Origin: Alphaproteobacteria bacterium
GTDB lineage: Bacteria > Pseudomonadota > Alphaproteobacteria > Caulobacterales > Hyphomonadaceae
DNA: 64,000 nucleotides
Assembly (NCBI GenBank): GCA_016125405.1
Contig: WGLW01000035.1
Location: forward strand, 5,886 to 69,885
Direction of reading: 5' to 3'
The notes beneath the pieces were generated by a model, which saw only the letters and a program-made list of their open reading frames with translations, was not told the origin of the DNA and did no database searches. Of this stretch, positions 28,987 to 40,125 are shown in pieces. The position numbers and the translations under genes are program-made. The first letter of the stretch is position 1, and the number at the start of each line of letters is the position of its first letter.

Positions 28987-30002
28987 TGCGAGGAAGCGAC
29001 CTCGATCAACCAGCCCTGCCCCGCGTTCTGGATCGAAAGTCCCCGCGCACGCAGGTCGTTCGCGAGTTGATCGGGCCGCCCGGCATAGGTGAAGGTGAGA
29101 TCCGCGCCCTGGGTGGACAGGGACTGGATCTTGAGACCGCTGATAATGCGCGAGTCCGTGATGCCCTTCTGGATTTTCACCCACTCCGGCAGGCTATGAA
29201 AGCTCGCGACAGCAGACACATCGCTCGTGCCGGATGTGCGAACAATAGTGGCCCGCTTCCAGGCCGTTTCCATTGCCTCGACCGTTCCGGTCTGGGCTCT
29301 GGCATAATCGGGAAACGGGCCGGCGACACCCAACGAAGTCGGCGCCGTTCCGGGTCGCACATCAGTCAGCCGCACGTAGATCTGGCCATTCTGATTGATC
29401 GCCTCGGCGTCAACCGCACGCAGCGCGCCCGCCGCGTCCGCCTCTGGCTGAACTTCGCCCCAGGCCGGCGTGTGATCCCAGGGCCGCGTCGAGGCGACGT
29501 AGGGGGTCAGCACGTTGCCGTCGGATTTACCAGCCCAGACCGACGCCCAGTCGCCTGGATTGACGCCAGCCCCCGCCACAGGTGCAACAATGGCAAGGCC
29601 CGCCTGCGTGTCGACAAAAGGCACGCCGTGCGCGTCCAGATAGTCCCGCACGGGCTTGTCGTCGAAAGGCACGATCAACGTCGAAATATACCGGGTCGAG
29701 GTGCGCTTCTCGGTGCTTTGGGTCTGCATGCCCTTGTAAAGACGCGCGACGTCCGCGGTCTCCAGCGGCGATGTCGCGGCGGCGCGATCTTCTGGCAGGG
29801 TCAGCCGGTCGATCAGGCGTCCTGCGGCCGTCACCCGGGCCTGGGCCCACGCCTGGGTCTGAGCCTCCGTGGCGCTGCCAGCTGTGACATCAACGCTGAG
29901 ATCCCTGACAATATAAGGCTTTGGCGGATCCACCGCAAAAGCTGCGGAGGCCGAGCCGACCGCGGCGAGGCAGAGCACGGCGAATCTTGCGAGAGCTTTC
30001 AT
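28983..30002 (-). CDS. secreted protein of unknown function (DUF2066-like, assignment from memory)
   Basis: Sec signal peptide MKALARFAVLCLAAVGSASAAFA; no enzymatic motifs; translationally coupled to hda. Confidence 0.5.
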   Translation of the reverse strand: MKALARFAVLCLAAVGSASAAFAVDPPKPYIVRDLSVDVTAGSATEAQTQAWAQARVTAAGRLIDRLTLPEDRAAATSPLETADVARLYKGMQTQSTEKRTSTRYISTLIVPFDDKPVRDYLDAHGVPFVDTQAGLAIVAPVAGAGVNPGDWASVWAGKSDGNVLTPYVASTRPWDHTPAWGEVQPEADAAGALRAVDAEAINQNGQIYVRLTDVRPGTAPTSLGVAGPFPDYARAQTGTVEAMETAWKRATIVRTSGTSDVSAVASFHSLPEWVKIQKGITDSRIISGLKIQSLSTQGADLTFTYAGRPDQLANDLRARGLSIQNAGQGWLIEVASSQ

Positions 30003-30103
30003 CTGATCACGTTAGCAGCCGAGTTTGGCGTTGCGAAGGCAGGCTGTGAGCAGCCGCGAGGCGAGGCTGGCGAGCCGGGGCCGCACATGTTAACGCCAGC
30101 GCC

Positions 30104-31135
30104 ATGACGCGCGACCCATCCCGCAATGGCCTGACCTACCGTGACGCCGGGGTCGATATCGACGCTGGCGACGCCCTTGTGGATGCGATCAAGCCTCTGG
30201 CCGCCTCGACCCGGCGCGCGGGCGCCGACGGCTCACTCGGCGGGTTTGGCGGGCTGTTCGATCTCAAGGCAGCGGGCTTCAAGGACCCGGTGCTGGTATC
30301 CGGCACGGACGGGGTGGGCACCAAGCTGATGCTGGCCTTCGCCACGGGGCGTCACGAGACCATCGGCGTCGACCTCGTCGCCATGTGCGTCAACGACATC
30401 CTGGCGCAAGGCGCGGAGCCACTCTTCTTTCTCGATTATTTCGCAACCGGAAAGTTGGAGACGGGCGTCGCCGCCAAGGTGGTGGCCGGGATCGCCGAGG
30501 GATGCCGCCAGGCCGGCTGCACACTTGTCGGCGGCGAAACTGCCGAAATGCCCGGCATGTACGCAGCTGGACACTACGACCTCGCGGGCTTTTCGGTCGG
30601 CGCCGCGGAACGCACCGATCTTCTGCCGCGCACCCAGGACATGCGGGCCGGCGACGTGCTGATCGCCCTGCCGTCGTCGGGCCCACATTCCAACGGCTAT
30701 TCGCTTGTCCGCCGGATCGTCGAACGCTCCGGCCTTGCCTGGACCGACTGCGCGCCATTCGACGACAAGCTGAAGCTGGGAGAAGCCCTGCTGGCGCCGA
30801 CGCGCATCTATGTGAAGGCGCTGCTGCCACTGATCCGCGCACACCGAATAAAGGGTCTGGCCCACATCACCGGTGGCGGCCTCACGGAAAACACGCCGCG
30901 CATGTGCCCCGACCAGCTGGTCCCGCGCCTGGACTACGCCAGCTACGACCTGCCGCCGGTCTTTCAATGGCTACAGGCGGCTGGCAGTGTCGCAGACGAG
31001 GAAATGCGGCGCACGTTCAACTGCGGCGTCGGGCTGGTGATCGCGGTTGCGCAGGCTGAAGCGCCGGCCGTCATGGCAGACCTGCTTGCAGCGGGCGAAG
31101 CGCCATTTGTCATTGGCGAGCTGGGACCCGCGTGA
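30104..31135 (+). CDS. purM: phosphoribosylformylglycinamidine cyclo-ligase
   Basis: [16 protein letters not shown] and HSNGYSL motifs. Confidence 0.96.
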   Translation: MTRDPSRNGLTYRDAGVDIDAGDALVDAIKPLAASTRRAGADGSLGGFGGLFDLKAAGFKDPVLVSGTDGVGTKLMLAFATGRHETIGVDLVAMCVNDILAQGAEPLFFLDYFATGKLETGVAAKVVAGIAEGCRQAGCTLVGGETAEMPGMYAAGHYDLAGFSVGAAERTDLLPRTQDMRAGDVLIALPSSGPHSNGYSLVRRIVERSGLAWTDCAPFDDKLKLGEALLAPTRIYVKALLPLIRAHRIKGLAHITGGGLTENTPRMCPDQLVPRLDYASYDLPPVFQWLQAAGSVADEEMRRTFNCGVGLVIAVAQAEAPAVMADLLAAGEAPFVIGELGPA

Positions 31136-31773
31136 ACCGCAAGCGCCTCGGGATCCTGATCTCCGGCCGCGGCTCCAACATGGAGGCGCTGCTCAAGGCG
31201 TCGGCTGATCCGGCGTGGCCCGCGGAAGCTGTGCTGGTGCTCTCGAACCGTCCCGGCGCGCCCGGCCTCGAAAAGGCCGCCAGCTACGGCGTCAAGGCGT
31301 TCGCCATCGACCACAAACCTTATGGCAAGGACCGCGAAGCGTTCGAGCGCGATCTCGATATCTGGGTGCATCGCGAGGGGGTGGAACTGATCGCGCTCGC
31401 CGGATTCATGCGCGTTCTGACGCCGTGGTTCGTCAACCAGTGGCAGGGAAAGCTACTGAACATCCATCCATCGCTGCTGCCGAAATACCCGGGCGTCGAC
31501 ACGCACGAGCGTGCGCTGGCGGCAGGCGACGCTGTCCATGGCTGCTCGGTTCACTATGTGACGGCGGGCGTGGATGAAGGCCCGGTGATCGGCCGCGCCG
31601 AAGTCGACATAAAGCCGGGCGACACCGCAGACACCCTCGCCGCCCGCGTGCTGAAGGCGGAACACCTGCTCTACCCGCGATGCGTCGCCGCGGTGGCAAG
31701 CGGCGCCGAAGGCCCTCAGCGGGCCTCCAGTGTCGAAGTCGGCGGCGACACGATTAGATTGCTGGCGCCCTAA
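31132..31773 (+). CDS. purN: phosphoribosylglycinamide formyltransferase
   Basis: [10 protein letters not shown] and [12 protein letters not shown] motifs; 4-nt overlap with purM. Confidence 0.94.
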   Translation: MNRKRLGILISGRGSNMEALLKASADPAWPAEAVLVLSNRPGAPGLEKAASYGVKAFAIDHKPYGKDREAFERDLDIWVHREGVELIALAGFMRVLTPWFVNQWQGKLLNIHPSLLPKYPGVDTHERALAAGDAVHGCSVHYVTAGVDEGPVIGRAEVDIKPGDTADTLAARVLKAEHLLYPRCVAAVASGAEGPQRASSVEVGGDTIRLLAP

Positions 31774-32552
31774 ACCTTCGAGAAATCCGGCGGGCGCTTT
31801 TCCCGAAACGCGGTGAACGCTTCCGCCGCTTCTGCCGAACGCAGACGCTCGCTGAAGATCTTCACCTCGGTGTTGGCCCGCTCGGTGAGCGCCTCGGCAT
31901 TGCGCATCAACTTCTTGGTCGCCATCACCGCGCCGACAGGGCGTTGCGCGAGCGCTTTGGCGGCCGCGCGAGCGGCTGGCAGCACCTCAGTGGCGGGCAA
32001 AGCGGCGTTGGCGAACCCGGTGTTCGCAGCCTGCTCACCCGTCAGTGCCTCGCCGAGCGCAAACATCGCAAAGGCGCGGACATAGCCGATGCGCGCGGGC
32101 AGCGTGATCGAGGACGCAGCCTCGGGCGACAGTGCCAGGTTGACGAACGGAACCGTCAGTTTCGCATCTTTCGCGACGTACACGAGATCACAATGCAACA
32201 GCATGGTCGTGCCCACACCCACGGCAAGGCCCGGAACGGCTGCGACGATGGGCTTGTCGAATGCAATGATCGTGTCGATGAACCGGCTGGACTGGCGCGG
32301 TTCGCTGCTACCGCTCGCGTTGGCGGCGGCAAAATCCGACAGGTCGTTGCCAGACGTGAAGGCGTCGCCGGTCGAGCCGAGCAGAACGACCCGGACAGAT
32401 TTGTCCTCGGACGCAGCAAGCAGCGCGTCCGCCGCCTTGGCGTACATCGCCTGGCTCAGTGCGTTCTTCTTGTCCGGCCGGTTCCAGAGGATTTCCAGAA
32501 CGCCGTCCGCCTGGGTGATGGTGACTTGGTCGGTCATGTCAGCTCCTCGCAC
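31770..32552 (-). CDS. enoyl-CoA hydratase/isomerase family protein
   Basis: Crotonase-fold pattern (LNRPDKKNAL, FTSGNDL, AAVPGLAVGVGTTMLLHCDL). Confidence 0.85.
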   Translation of the reverse strand: MRGADMTDQVTITQADGVLEILWNRPDKKNALSQAMYAKAADALLAASEDKSVRVVLLGSTGDAFTSGNDLSDFAAANASGSSEPRQSSRFIDTIIAFDKPIVAAVPGLAVGVGTTMLLHCDLVYVAKDAKLTVPFVNLALSPEAASSITLPARIGYVRAFAMFALGEALTGEQAANTGFANAALPATEVLPAARAAAKALAQRPVGAVMATKKLMRNAEALTERANTEVKIFSERLRSAEAAEAFTAFREKRPPDFSKV

Positions 32553-32614
32553 GTTTCCGTATGCGTCGGGCTGGATGCCGGTCAGGTCAAGGTGGCGTTG
32601 GGATAACCCGACGA

Positions 32615-33037
32615 CTAGCCGACGATTTCCGCCGGCTTGAAGAAGTAAGCGATCTCGCGCTCGGCGCTGGCTTCGCTGTCCGAACCATGAACCGAGTTTT
32701 CGCCGATCGACTGCGCGTAAAGCTTGCGCACGGTGCCTTCCGCGGCTTTGGCGGGGTCAGTCGCGCCCATCACTTCGCGATGGTGGGCGACGGCGTTCTC
32801 ACCTTCCAGGACCTGGAGCACGACCGGTCCGGACGTCATGAAATCCACCAGTTCGCCAAAGAACGGTCGCGCCTTGTGTTCGGCGTAGAAGCCCTCGGCC
32901 TGCTCGCGGCTCAGACGAACGCGCTTCTGTCCGACGATCCGCAGGCCGGACTTTTCGAACACGGCATTGATGGCGCCGGTCAGATTGCGCGCCGTTGCGT
33001 CTGGCTTGATGATCGAAAGCGTGCGTTGCACCGGCAT
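32615..33037 (-). CDS. ndk: nucleoside-diphosphate kinase
   Basis: [11 protein letters not shown]; NSVHGSDS active-site His. Confidence 0.97.
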   Translation of the reverse strand: MPVQRTLSIIKPDATARNLTGAINAVFEKSGLRIVGQKRVRLSREQAEGFYAEHKARPFFGELVDFMTSGPVVLQVLEGENAVAHHREVMGATDPAKAAEGTVRKLYAQSIGENSVHGSDSEASAEREIAYFFKPAEIVG

Positions 33038-33118
33038 GGGGCGTCCTTCGGAAGGCTGTGAGCAATTCTCGGACGGCCCCTATAGCCTCAGCACGGGCAG
33101 CCCTCAACAGGCTGAACG

Positions 33119-33637
33119 CTAATTCTTGGCCCCGGAACCTTCGGGCGTTTCGTCGCTCCTTGCGGGCTTCGACGGTGTCATTTCCTTCCAGCCGCCGCGC
33201 TCCTGCTGGAAATATCGGGCAACAGCGCCTGCATCAGCCGCCGCCTTGTATTGTTTGCGGGCCTTGGCCCGCGTTTCGGCGTCGCCGCCATCGAAAACAA
33301 CCATACAGCGATCGAATTTCGCTGCGTCGGCCTCTAGGCCGTCAAGCAACAGCGCAACCCGAGCGCCATTGTCAGGTTCAGCCACGGTCGACAGCAATAC
33401 AGGTTGCCTCGCCGGCGCCGACCGGCCACGACCATGCGGCAAAAAGCTGTCGTCCCGCCAGGTCCACAGCGTTCCGTCCAGTTTGTTGATGGTCTCTTCG
33501 CGGCCGGCCACAACGACCCGCCAGCGCCGATCGAGGCATTTTTCCAGTAGAGGCCCGATCGCCTGGTCCAGCGAACCATGCTCGATATGGTAGAACCACC
33601 ATTCGGCGCCTGGTCCGCTGTCCGGGGAACCCGCCAC
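33119..33637 (-). CDS. holC: DNA polymerase III subunit chi
   Basis: WWFYHIE...LLEKCLDRRWRVVV...LDGTLWTWRDDSFLPHG pattern; lies downstream of pepA, as in many proteobacteria. Confidence 0.85.
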   Translation of the reverse strand: MAGSPDSGPGAEWWFYHIEHGSLDQAIGPLLEKCLDRRWRVVVAGREETINKLDGTLWTWRDDSFLPHGRGRSAPARQPVLLSTVAEPDNGARVALLLDGLEADAAKFDRCMVVFDGGDAETRAKARKQYKAAADAGAVARYFQQERGGWKEMTPSKPARSDETPEGSGAKN

Positions 33638-33640
33638 AGC

Positions 33641-35113
33641 CTAGTCCTCGTAGTTGTCGGCGACCAGCTGGTCCAGGATGCGCACTCCCCACCCTGTCGC
33701 CCACACCGGCTCCATAGGGTTGTCATTGCCAGGCTTCCACGCAGTCCCGGCAATATCTAGGTGCGCCCAGGCCCTGCCCTCATCGACGAACCGCTGCAGG
33801 AACTGGGCGGCGGTGATCGAACCTGCAGACCTGCCGCCGATATTCTTCATGTCGGCGACATCGGAATCGAGCTGCTTGTCATAGCCAGGACCGAGCGGCA
33901 GACGCCAGACCGGCTCTCCCGCCGCCTTGCCGGCAACTGTCAGTTTGTCGGCAAGCTCGTCGTTGTTGGAAAATACGCCAGCGTGTTCGTGCCCGAGCGA
34001 GATGATGATCGCTCCCGTCAGGGTAGCAAGATCGACAATCGCCTTCGGGTTGAACTTCTTCTGGGCGTACCAGAGCACGTCAGCCAGCACGAGGCGGCCT
34101 TCCGCGTCCGTATTAAGAACCTCAATGGTTTTTCCGGCTGCGGCCTTCACGATATCGCCTGGGCGCTGCGCATTGCCGTCGGGCATGTTTTCGACCAGCC
34201 CGACGAGGCCAACCACGTTCGCCTTGGCCTTGCGCTTGGCGATCGCGATCATGGCGCCGACAACTGCGGCCGAACCGCCCATATCCCCCTTCATGTCTTC
34301 CATACCGGGTCCGGGTTTCAGCGAAATGCCGCCCGTATCGAAAGTTACCCCCTTGCCGACAAGGGCGACCGGCGCGGACTTCTTCTCTTTGGAGCCCATC
34401 CATTTGAGCACGCAGAGCCTTGAAGGCCGCGCGCTGCCCTGTCCCACGCCAAGCAACGACCCCATGCCCAGCTTGGTCATCGCCGGCACGTCCAGCACCT
34501 CAATTTCAAGGCCCAGTTCGGAGAGCTTGGCGATCCGCTCAGCGTAGCTTTCGGGATAGAGCACGTTCGGCGGCTCGGAGACGAGATCGCGGGCGAATTC
34601 CACGCCCTCCGCCCGCGCGGCCAGCGGGGCGAAATCAGACCGGGCGCCGGCGGCGCTGTCCGTCACGATCGATACGGTCGTCAGCGTTGGCTTCTTTTCA
34701 GACTTCAGCGTGAGGCGGTACTGGTCGAACCGGTAGGCGGCCAGACGCGCGCCGAAGCCGAAATTGGCGGCGACCATTCTGTCCGGAGCCCCAACGATCG
34801 ACAGGGACTTGGCGCCCGAAATCAGCAGTTTCTTGACTACGCCCGCGGCGGCCTTTTGCCAGGCCACGTCGTTGATCGCCTTTTTCTTGCCGACGCCGAA
34901 CAGGATCACCCTGGCCGAATCGCTCCATTCCGGCGCGAGGAACTCCAGCATCTGCCCCCCGCTTCCTTTGAAGGACGATGCCGTGATGGCGCGTCGAAAG
35001 GCCGCTTCAGCGGCCTTGTCGACGCCGCCTCCGAATTCTGCGCCCTTTTCGCCCTCGTAGGCGAAGTAGGCGAGTGCGTCGCCGGCCGGTTCAGCTGTGA
35101 ACTTTATCTGCAT
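33641..35113 (-). CDS. pepA: leucyl aminopeptidase (M17)
   Basis: VGKGVTFDTGGISLKP; NTDAEGRLVLAD. Confidence 0.96.
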   Translation of the reverse strand: MQIKFTAEPAGDALAYFAYEGEKGAEFGGGVDKAAEAAFRRAITASSFKGSGGQMLEFLAPEWSDSARVILFGVGKKKAINDVAWQKAAAGVVKKLLISGAKSLSIVGAPDRMVAANFGFGARLAAYRFDQYRLTLKSEKKPTLTTVSIVTDSAAGARSDFAPLAARAEGVEFARDLVSEPPNVLYPESYAERIAKLSELGLEIEVLDVPAMTKLGMGSLLGVGQGSARPSRLCVLKWMGSKEKKSAPVALVGKGVTFDTGGISLKPGPGMEDMKGDMGGSAAVVGAMIAIAKRKAKANVVGLVGLVENMPDGNAQRPGDIVKAAAGKTIEVLNTDAEGRLVLADVLWYAQKKFNPKAIVDLATLTGAIIISLGHEHAGVFSNNDELADKLTVAGKAAGEPVWRLPLGPGYDKQLDSDVADMKNIGGRSAGSITAAQFLQRFVDEGRAWAHLDIAGTAWKPGNDNPMEPVWATGWGVRILDQLVADNYED

Positions 35114-35235
35114 GGGAGAGAATTCCGGTGGAGTTGTGGCTACATATTAACATCGACGAACCGGCCCCGCGTCGCTAGCACTGGCGGGCCAGAGGCTGCG
35201 CCGTACCGCACGGGGGGCCGTCACCAGGTTTCCGC

Positions 35236-36390
35236 ATGACAGGGTTTCAACGCTATCTCTTCCGCAACGTGCTGAGGACCCTGCTGGCGATCGTCGGCGG
35301 ACTCGCCATGATCGCGCTGCTAACCGAAGGCCTCAAGGAGATAGACCCGATCCTCGACAACCGCCAGTCGCTTCTGGTGTATCTCTGGGTATCGGTTCTT
35401 GCGGCGCCGCAAATCATCTCCCTGCTGATGCCCATCGCCCTTTTCGTGGCGACAACCAATGCGCTGAATATCTCCCATCGCGAGAACGAGATCGTCGTGG
35501 CCCAGGCCTCCGGCATGTCCAACTGGGGGGTCGCCTCACCGGTCCTGCGGCTGGCCGTACTTGCGTCCATCCTCCATCTCGGTCTGAATCTCTGGATCCA
35601 GCCGGCGGCCTTCCGGGAGATGAGGACAACTCTGTCGGACGCCTCCACCGACCTCGCCGCCTCGCTCGTCCGCGAGGGTCAGTTCATGCACCTGTCAGAC
35701 GGGCTCACGACCTTCGCGCGTGAGGTAAATGGATCCCAGATGAGCGACCTGCTCATCGCCGACAGCCGCAATCCGGACGAAGTGTCCACCTATATCGCCA
35801 AGAAAGGCTACATTGCCGAGCTTGAGGGCATCCCGGCAATCGTCATGACGGATGGCCATGTCGAGCAGCTCAACGCCAACGGCGTTCGCAATCTCGTTCG
35901 GTTCGACCAGTCGACTTTCGACCTCGCGCCTTTTGTCGCCGACCAGAAAGCGGTCATCCTCAAAGAGTCAGATCGCTACCTGCCCGAACTGTTCTTTCCT
36001 GACATGACCAACTTCTACGACCACGCCAATCGGCAACGTTTGCTGGCCGAAGGACACGCGCGCATCGCGGCGCCGCTGCTCAACATAGCCATGGCCCTTA
36101 TCGCCGTGTACGCCGTGCTGGGCGGTGACTTCAGCCGGCGCGGCTATTCGATGCGCATCGCATTTGCTTCGGCGGCGGCCGTAGCCTTGCGGCTTGCGGC
36201 GTTCGGCACGGCATCCGCCGCGGTCGACAATCCCAACTTCAACGCCCTCCAGTACGGCCTGCCAATTGCAGCTATCGTGCTCGTCTCCTTGCTGCATTTT
36301 GTGAAGCCGACTCGCGGCAAACGACTGCCCGGCGCCGGACGAAAAATACGCTCGCCAGCCCCCTCAACGCTTACAGAAAGTCGCGCCTGA
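35236..36390 (+). CDS. lptF: LPS export ABC transporter permease LptF
   Basis: YjgP/YjgQ permease topology; divergent from pepA; followed by lptG with a 1-nt overlap (TGATG). Confidence 0.88.
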   Translation: MTGFQRYLFRNVLRTLLAIVGGLAMIALLTEGLKEIDPILDNRQSLLVYLWVSVLAAPQIISLLMPIALFVATTNALNISHRENEIVVAQASGMSNWGVASPVLRLAVLASILHLGLNLWIQPAAFREMRTTLSDASTDLAASLVREGQFMHLSDGLTTFAREVNGSQMSDLLIADSRNPDEVSTYIAKKGYIAELEGIPAIVMTDGHVEQLNANGVRNLVRFDQSTFDLAPFVADQKAVILKESDRYLPELFFPDMTNFYDHANRQRLLAEGHARIAAPLLNIAMALIAVYAVLGGDFSRRGYSMRIAFASAAAVALRLAAFGTASAAVDNPNFNALQYGLPIAAIVLVSLLHFVKPTRGKRLPGAGRKIRSPAPSTLTESRA

Positions 36391-37544
36391 TGGTTCTGGT
36401 GGGGCGAATCCAGCGCTACATCTTCCGGGAAGCGCTTATGGGCTTCCTGCTCGTGCTCGGCATCATCATGCTGGCGATCGTTCTTGTCGACGTCGTCGAA
36501 CAAATGCGCGATGTCGGCACACGGACCCCGATCGGAATCGGCACGGCGTTCTCGCTAACGCTCTTGAAGACACCCGGTTTGGTCTTCGAGACGCTGCCTT
36601 TCGCCATGCTGGTGGGCTCGATCCTCACGTTCTCCCGGCTCAGCCGGCGCAGCGAGATTCCGGCAATCCGGGCCGCCGGCGTTTCGGCGTGGCGCTTTCT
36701 CGGCCCAGTCATCGCACTCGCGCTTATACTTGGCGTGCTCATGGTGACGGTGCTCGACCCACTGGCCACGCAGCTTAGTTCCGATTTTGAAACAACGCGG
36801 GCGCGAATTCTGAATTCGCGATTCAAAAATGTGGCGCCTGCCGGCAACGACGGTGTCTGGCTCAGTCAGGGCGACACTGAAGCCGGCAAGAGCGGAAAGG
36901 CCGGCGACGCGACGGGCAACCCGGAAGGTCAGGCGATCATCAGCGCCAGACGTGTGGTTGGCCGCGCCGAAGCGCTGGAGGACGTTACATTCTACTTCTT
37001 CAAATCCGATCCTTCAGGCGCCCGCGAGTTCACCAACCGGATCGACGCAAAGCGCGCTGTTCTTGTGCCAGGCTTCTGGCAGCTCGAAGGCGTGGTCGAA
37101 AACCGCCTCGGCGGCGAGGTTCGACGCGAGGACAAGCTGGCGCTCCCGACCAGCCTCAGGCCGGACACCTTGCTTTCCCGCTACGCCTCCTCGAAGACCA
37201 TTCCCTTCTGGGATCTGCCGCAGTTCATCAAACAGACCCGGAGCGCCGGGCTGGAAGTCGACCGCTACGTCCTCAAGCTGAACACGCTGCTGGCGACGCC
37301 GGTCATGATGGTGGCGATGGCCCTCATTGGAGCCGTGGTCTGTCTTCGGCTGGCGCGATCCGGCGGACTGTCCCGCCTGATCGGGGCTGGCGCCCTCACC
37401 GGTTTCGTACTGTTTTTCGTGATCAAGATAGCCGCCGGGCTTTCGGATTCCGGCGCCACGCCGCCCGAGGCGGCCGCCTGGTGCCCCCCTCTTTTTGCCC
37501 TGTTTGCGGTGTTGACCCTGATCGCCCACGCAGAGGACGGCTGA
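36390..37544 (+). CDS. lptG: LPS export ABC transporter permease LptG
   Basis: YjgP/YjgQ family (IQRYIFREALMGFLLVL); second of the pair. Confidence 0.88.
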   Translation: MVLVGRIQRYIFREALMGFLLVLGIIMLAIVLVDVVEQMRDVGTRTPIGIGTAFSLTLLKTPGLVFETLPFAMLVGSILTFSRLSRRSEIPAIRAAGVSAWRFLGPVIALALILGVLMVTVLDPLATQLSSDFETTRARILNSRFKNVAPAGNDGVWLSQGDTEAGKSGKAGDATGNPEGQAIISARRVVGRAEALEDVTFYFFKSDPSGAREFTNRIDAKRAVLVPGFWQLEGVVENRLGGEVRREDKLALPTSLRPDTLLSRYASSKTIPFWDLPQFIKQTRSAGLEVDRYVLKLNTLLATPVMMVAMALIGAVVCLRLARSGGLSRLIGAGALTGFVLFFVIKIAAGLSDSGATPPEAAAWCPPLFALFAVLTLIAHAEDG

Positions 37545-37752
37545 TCCTCCTCTAACGATCGCGCAACAGTTGAAGCCGGTGCGGAGACTGCGCCACAGGT
37601 TTCATATCTAATCGCACAACCGACAAAAGCTTCTGGATTTCAACCGGTTGGAGCACGGCTAAATGCCGCTGGCGCTCTGGACGCGTTGCCCGCCTTCCCG
37701 TATCCGTCATGACGCTGGAGAGCGTGGCCCGTCGGCGAGGGGAGACTAGTAC

Positions 37753-39978
37753 GTGTTGCGCCAGACTTTCCTTCTCACAGCGATAGCCGCGCTCTCGACA
37801 GGCATGGCGGCCCATGCGCAAACCCCGCCATCCGCCGCGCCAGCCTCCGATCAGTCCGCCAAGCCCGACGTGATGGTGCACGCCACCACCGTGGTCAACG
37901 ACAAGAATGCGCAAGTCATCACCGCTGAAGGCGATGTCGAAGTGCGCGTCGGGGATCGCGTGCTGCGGGCTGACAAGGTGATCTACGATCAGGCCAAGGA
38001 AACAATCCGCGCGCAGGGCCACGTCCAGATCACCGATTCCAGCGGGACCACGCAGTTCGCCGACGAGATCGAGATCGACAAGGATTTCGCCAACGGCTTC
38101 GCTACCCGTTTCTCGACACGCATGCCCGGCAACGCCGTCGCGACGGCTTCATCCGCCGTTCGAACGGACTCGACGCGCAACGCGATGGATCAGGTGATCT
38201 TCACAAGCTGCGAGATCTGCGAGGCGGAAGGAACCTCGCCAACCTGGTCTCTTCGCGCACGCCGCGCGGTGCAGAACCAGGACACCGAGATGATCACCTA
38301 CCAGGACGCCGTCCTGGAAATCAAAGGGGTACCCATCCTCTATGTTCCCTACTTCGCACATCCCGACCCGACGTCCGAGCGGCGCTCCGGCCTGCTGATC
38401 CCGGATGCAGGGATCGATTCAAAACTCGGCGGTTTCTACGAGCAACCCTACTATTGGGCGATATCCCCATCGCAGGATCTGACGATCAGCCCGATGTTCT
38501 CGACGGCGGTAAACCCGCTGCTGAAGCTGGGTTATCGAAAGCGGTTTTTCTCCGGCTACATCCAGCTCGACGGCAGCGCCACATACGAGCAGGAATTCAC
38601 CAGCCACGGAGACAAGTTCGGTGACAAGACCTGGCGTAGCCACCTCTATGGCGGCGGTCAGTTCGCCATAAATGATACGTGGAAATGGGGCTTTGGCGTC
38701 GAACGCCAATCCGACGATCTCTACGACCGCCGCTATGGCATCGATGGGGAAGACAACCAGCATGGCCTCTATACCAGCCAGCCCCGCCAGCTCGTCAGCC
38801 AGCTGTTCACGACAGGCCAGACGCAGGATTTCTACGCGGAAATCGCGGGCGCTGTCGTCCAGGGCCTGAGGGCGACCGACGTCAACGCGCAAACGCCGCG
38901 CATCGCGCCAAACCTCTTTGCGGAAAAGGTGTACGACCTAGGATCCGCCGGCCAGATCGCCGCCGACCTTAGCGCCGTCGCATTGTTCCGTGATGAAGTA
39001 GAGACGTTGCCCAACGGCCAGACCACGCTCGACAGCTCGCGGGTGACGGGTTCGGCCGAATGGGATGCGCAGTACATATTCGGACCAGGCGTCGTTCTGC
39101 AGCCTTTCGCGCAGGGCCGCGGCGATGTTTACCGGATAGACAGCGGCGCAACCACCTCAACCGGCGCCAATGTCGGGGCGGAAACCATCTCCCGGTTTCT
39201 GGGGCTTGTCGGCACGCAGGTCAGCATGCCGTTCATTCGTCGCGGCCGGCACATGGACCTGCTTGTCGAGCCAATTGCCATGGTTGGCTACGGCACGCCG
39301 GATGCGAATGATCCGCGTATCGTCAACGAGGATAGCCTCCTCCTTGAATCCGACGACAGCAACCTGTTCAAACCCAACTCGGTCTCCAACTATGATCTCT
39401 GGGAAGGCGGGACGCGGGCCAGCATCGGCCTCAGCGCGCAAGCCAATTTTGGCAACGGCGTTGATGTGACCGGTATCGTCGGCCGTCGCTGGCGCGAGCA
39501 GGCTGATCCGGCCTTTACCCAACTCAGCAACCTTGCGGGCAAGAAGTCCGACTACGTGGCTTCCGTGCAGACGAACATTGGCCGGGCGTTCTCGACCGGC
39601 GTCCGGGTACGCTACGATGATAATTTCAATTTCAGCCGGATTGATCTCAACGCCAACGCAAATGTCTGGCGACTGAACGGCTCGGCCCGATATTATCGCA
39701 TCGCGGAGGACGCATCCGGCAGCGAGCAGCAAGGCATCGTCCTTGATGGTTCGGTCCGGGTGGCGAACCACTGGTCGGCCATCTTCCAGCAATTCCGCAA
39801 CATTACAGACCAGCGAAACCTGCGCCTCGCCCTTGGGGTCGCCTATCAGGACGATTGTTCGTACTTTTCGCTGACCTATCAGCGGACCGGTTCCGTCGAT
39901 CGCACTCTGGGTCCGTCCGATTCGATCCAGTTCCACTTCGCCCTGACCGGGCTGGGGGGCAAGAAAGTCGGAAACTAG
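37753..39978 (+). CDS. lptD: LPS-assembly outer-membrane protein LptD
   Basis: Signal peptide; OstA N-terminal domain (ADKVIYDQAKETIRAQGHVQI); large beta-barrel; followed by surA-pdxA-rsmA. Confidence 0.92.
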   Translation: MLRQTFLLTAIAALSTGMAAHAQTPPSAAPASDQSAKPDVMVHATTVVNDKNAQVITAEGDVEVRVGDRVLRADKVIYDQAKETIRAQGHVQITDSSGTTQFADEIEIDKDFANGFATRFSTRMPGNAVATASSAVRTDSTRNAMDQVIFTSCEICEAEGTSPTWSLRARRAVQNQDTEMITYQDAVLEIKGVPILYVPYFAHPDPTSERRSGLLIPDAGIDSKLGGFYEQPYYWAISPSQDLTISPMFSTAVNPLLKLGYRKRFFSGYIQLDGSATYEQEFTSHGDKFGDKTWRSHLYGGGQFAINDTWKWGFGVERQSDDLYDRRYGIDGEDNQHGLYTSQPRQLVSQLFTTGQTQDFYAEIAGAVVQGLRATDVNAQTPRIAPNLFAEKVYDLGSAGQIAADLSAVALFRDEVETLPNGQTTLDSSRVTGSAEWDAQYIFGPGVVLQPFAQGRGDVYRIDSGATTSTGANVGAETISRFLGLVGTQVSMPFIRRGRHMDLLVEPIAMVGYGTPDANDPRIVNEDSLLLESDDSNLFKPNSVSNYDLWEGGTRASIGLSAQANFGNGVDVTGIVGRRWREQADPAFTQLSNLAGKKSDYVASVQTNIGRAFSTGVRVRYDDNFNFSRIDLNANANVWRLNGSARYYRIAEDASGSEQQGIVLDGSVRVANHWSAIFQQFRNITDQRNLRLALGVAYQDDCSYFSLTYQRTGSVDRTLGPSDSIQFHFALTGLGGKKVGN

Positions 39979-40125
39979 CGCCCATGCGGCCGGGTAATGC
40001 AGCCGTGCCGTTGCGCCGCGGCGGCCCGGCTCGCTATTCTCCGCCCGCTCCGGCTATAACGCGGCTGGCGGCCATGATTTCGCCCTGTCCAGCCCGTTAG
40101 GGTGCTGGCGAGCCAAGGTGTAGGG

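Noticed and set aside
37641-37650. Perfect 10-bp palindrome CAACCGGTTG in the lptG-lptD spacer
   Set aside because: It is short, occurs once in the window and has no associated promoter elements or partner repeats, so there is too little evidence to call it a binding site.
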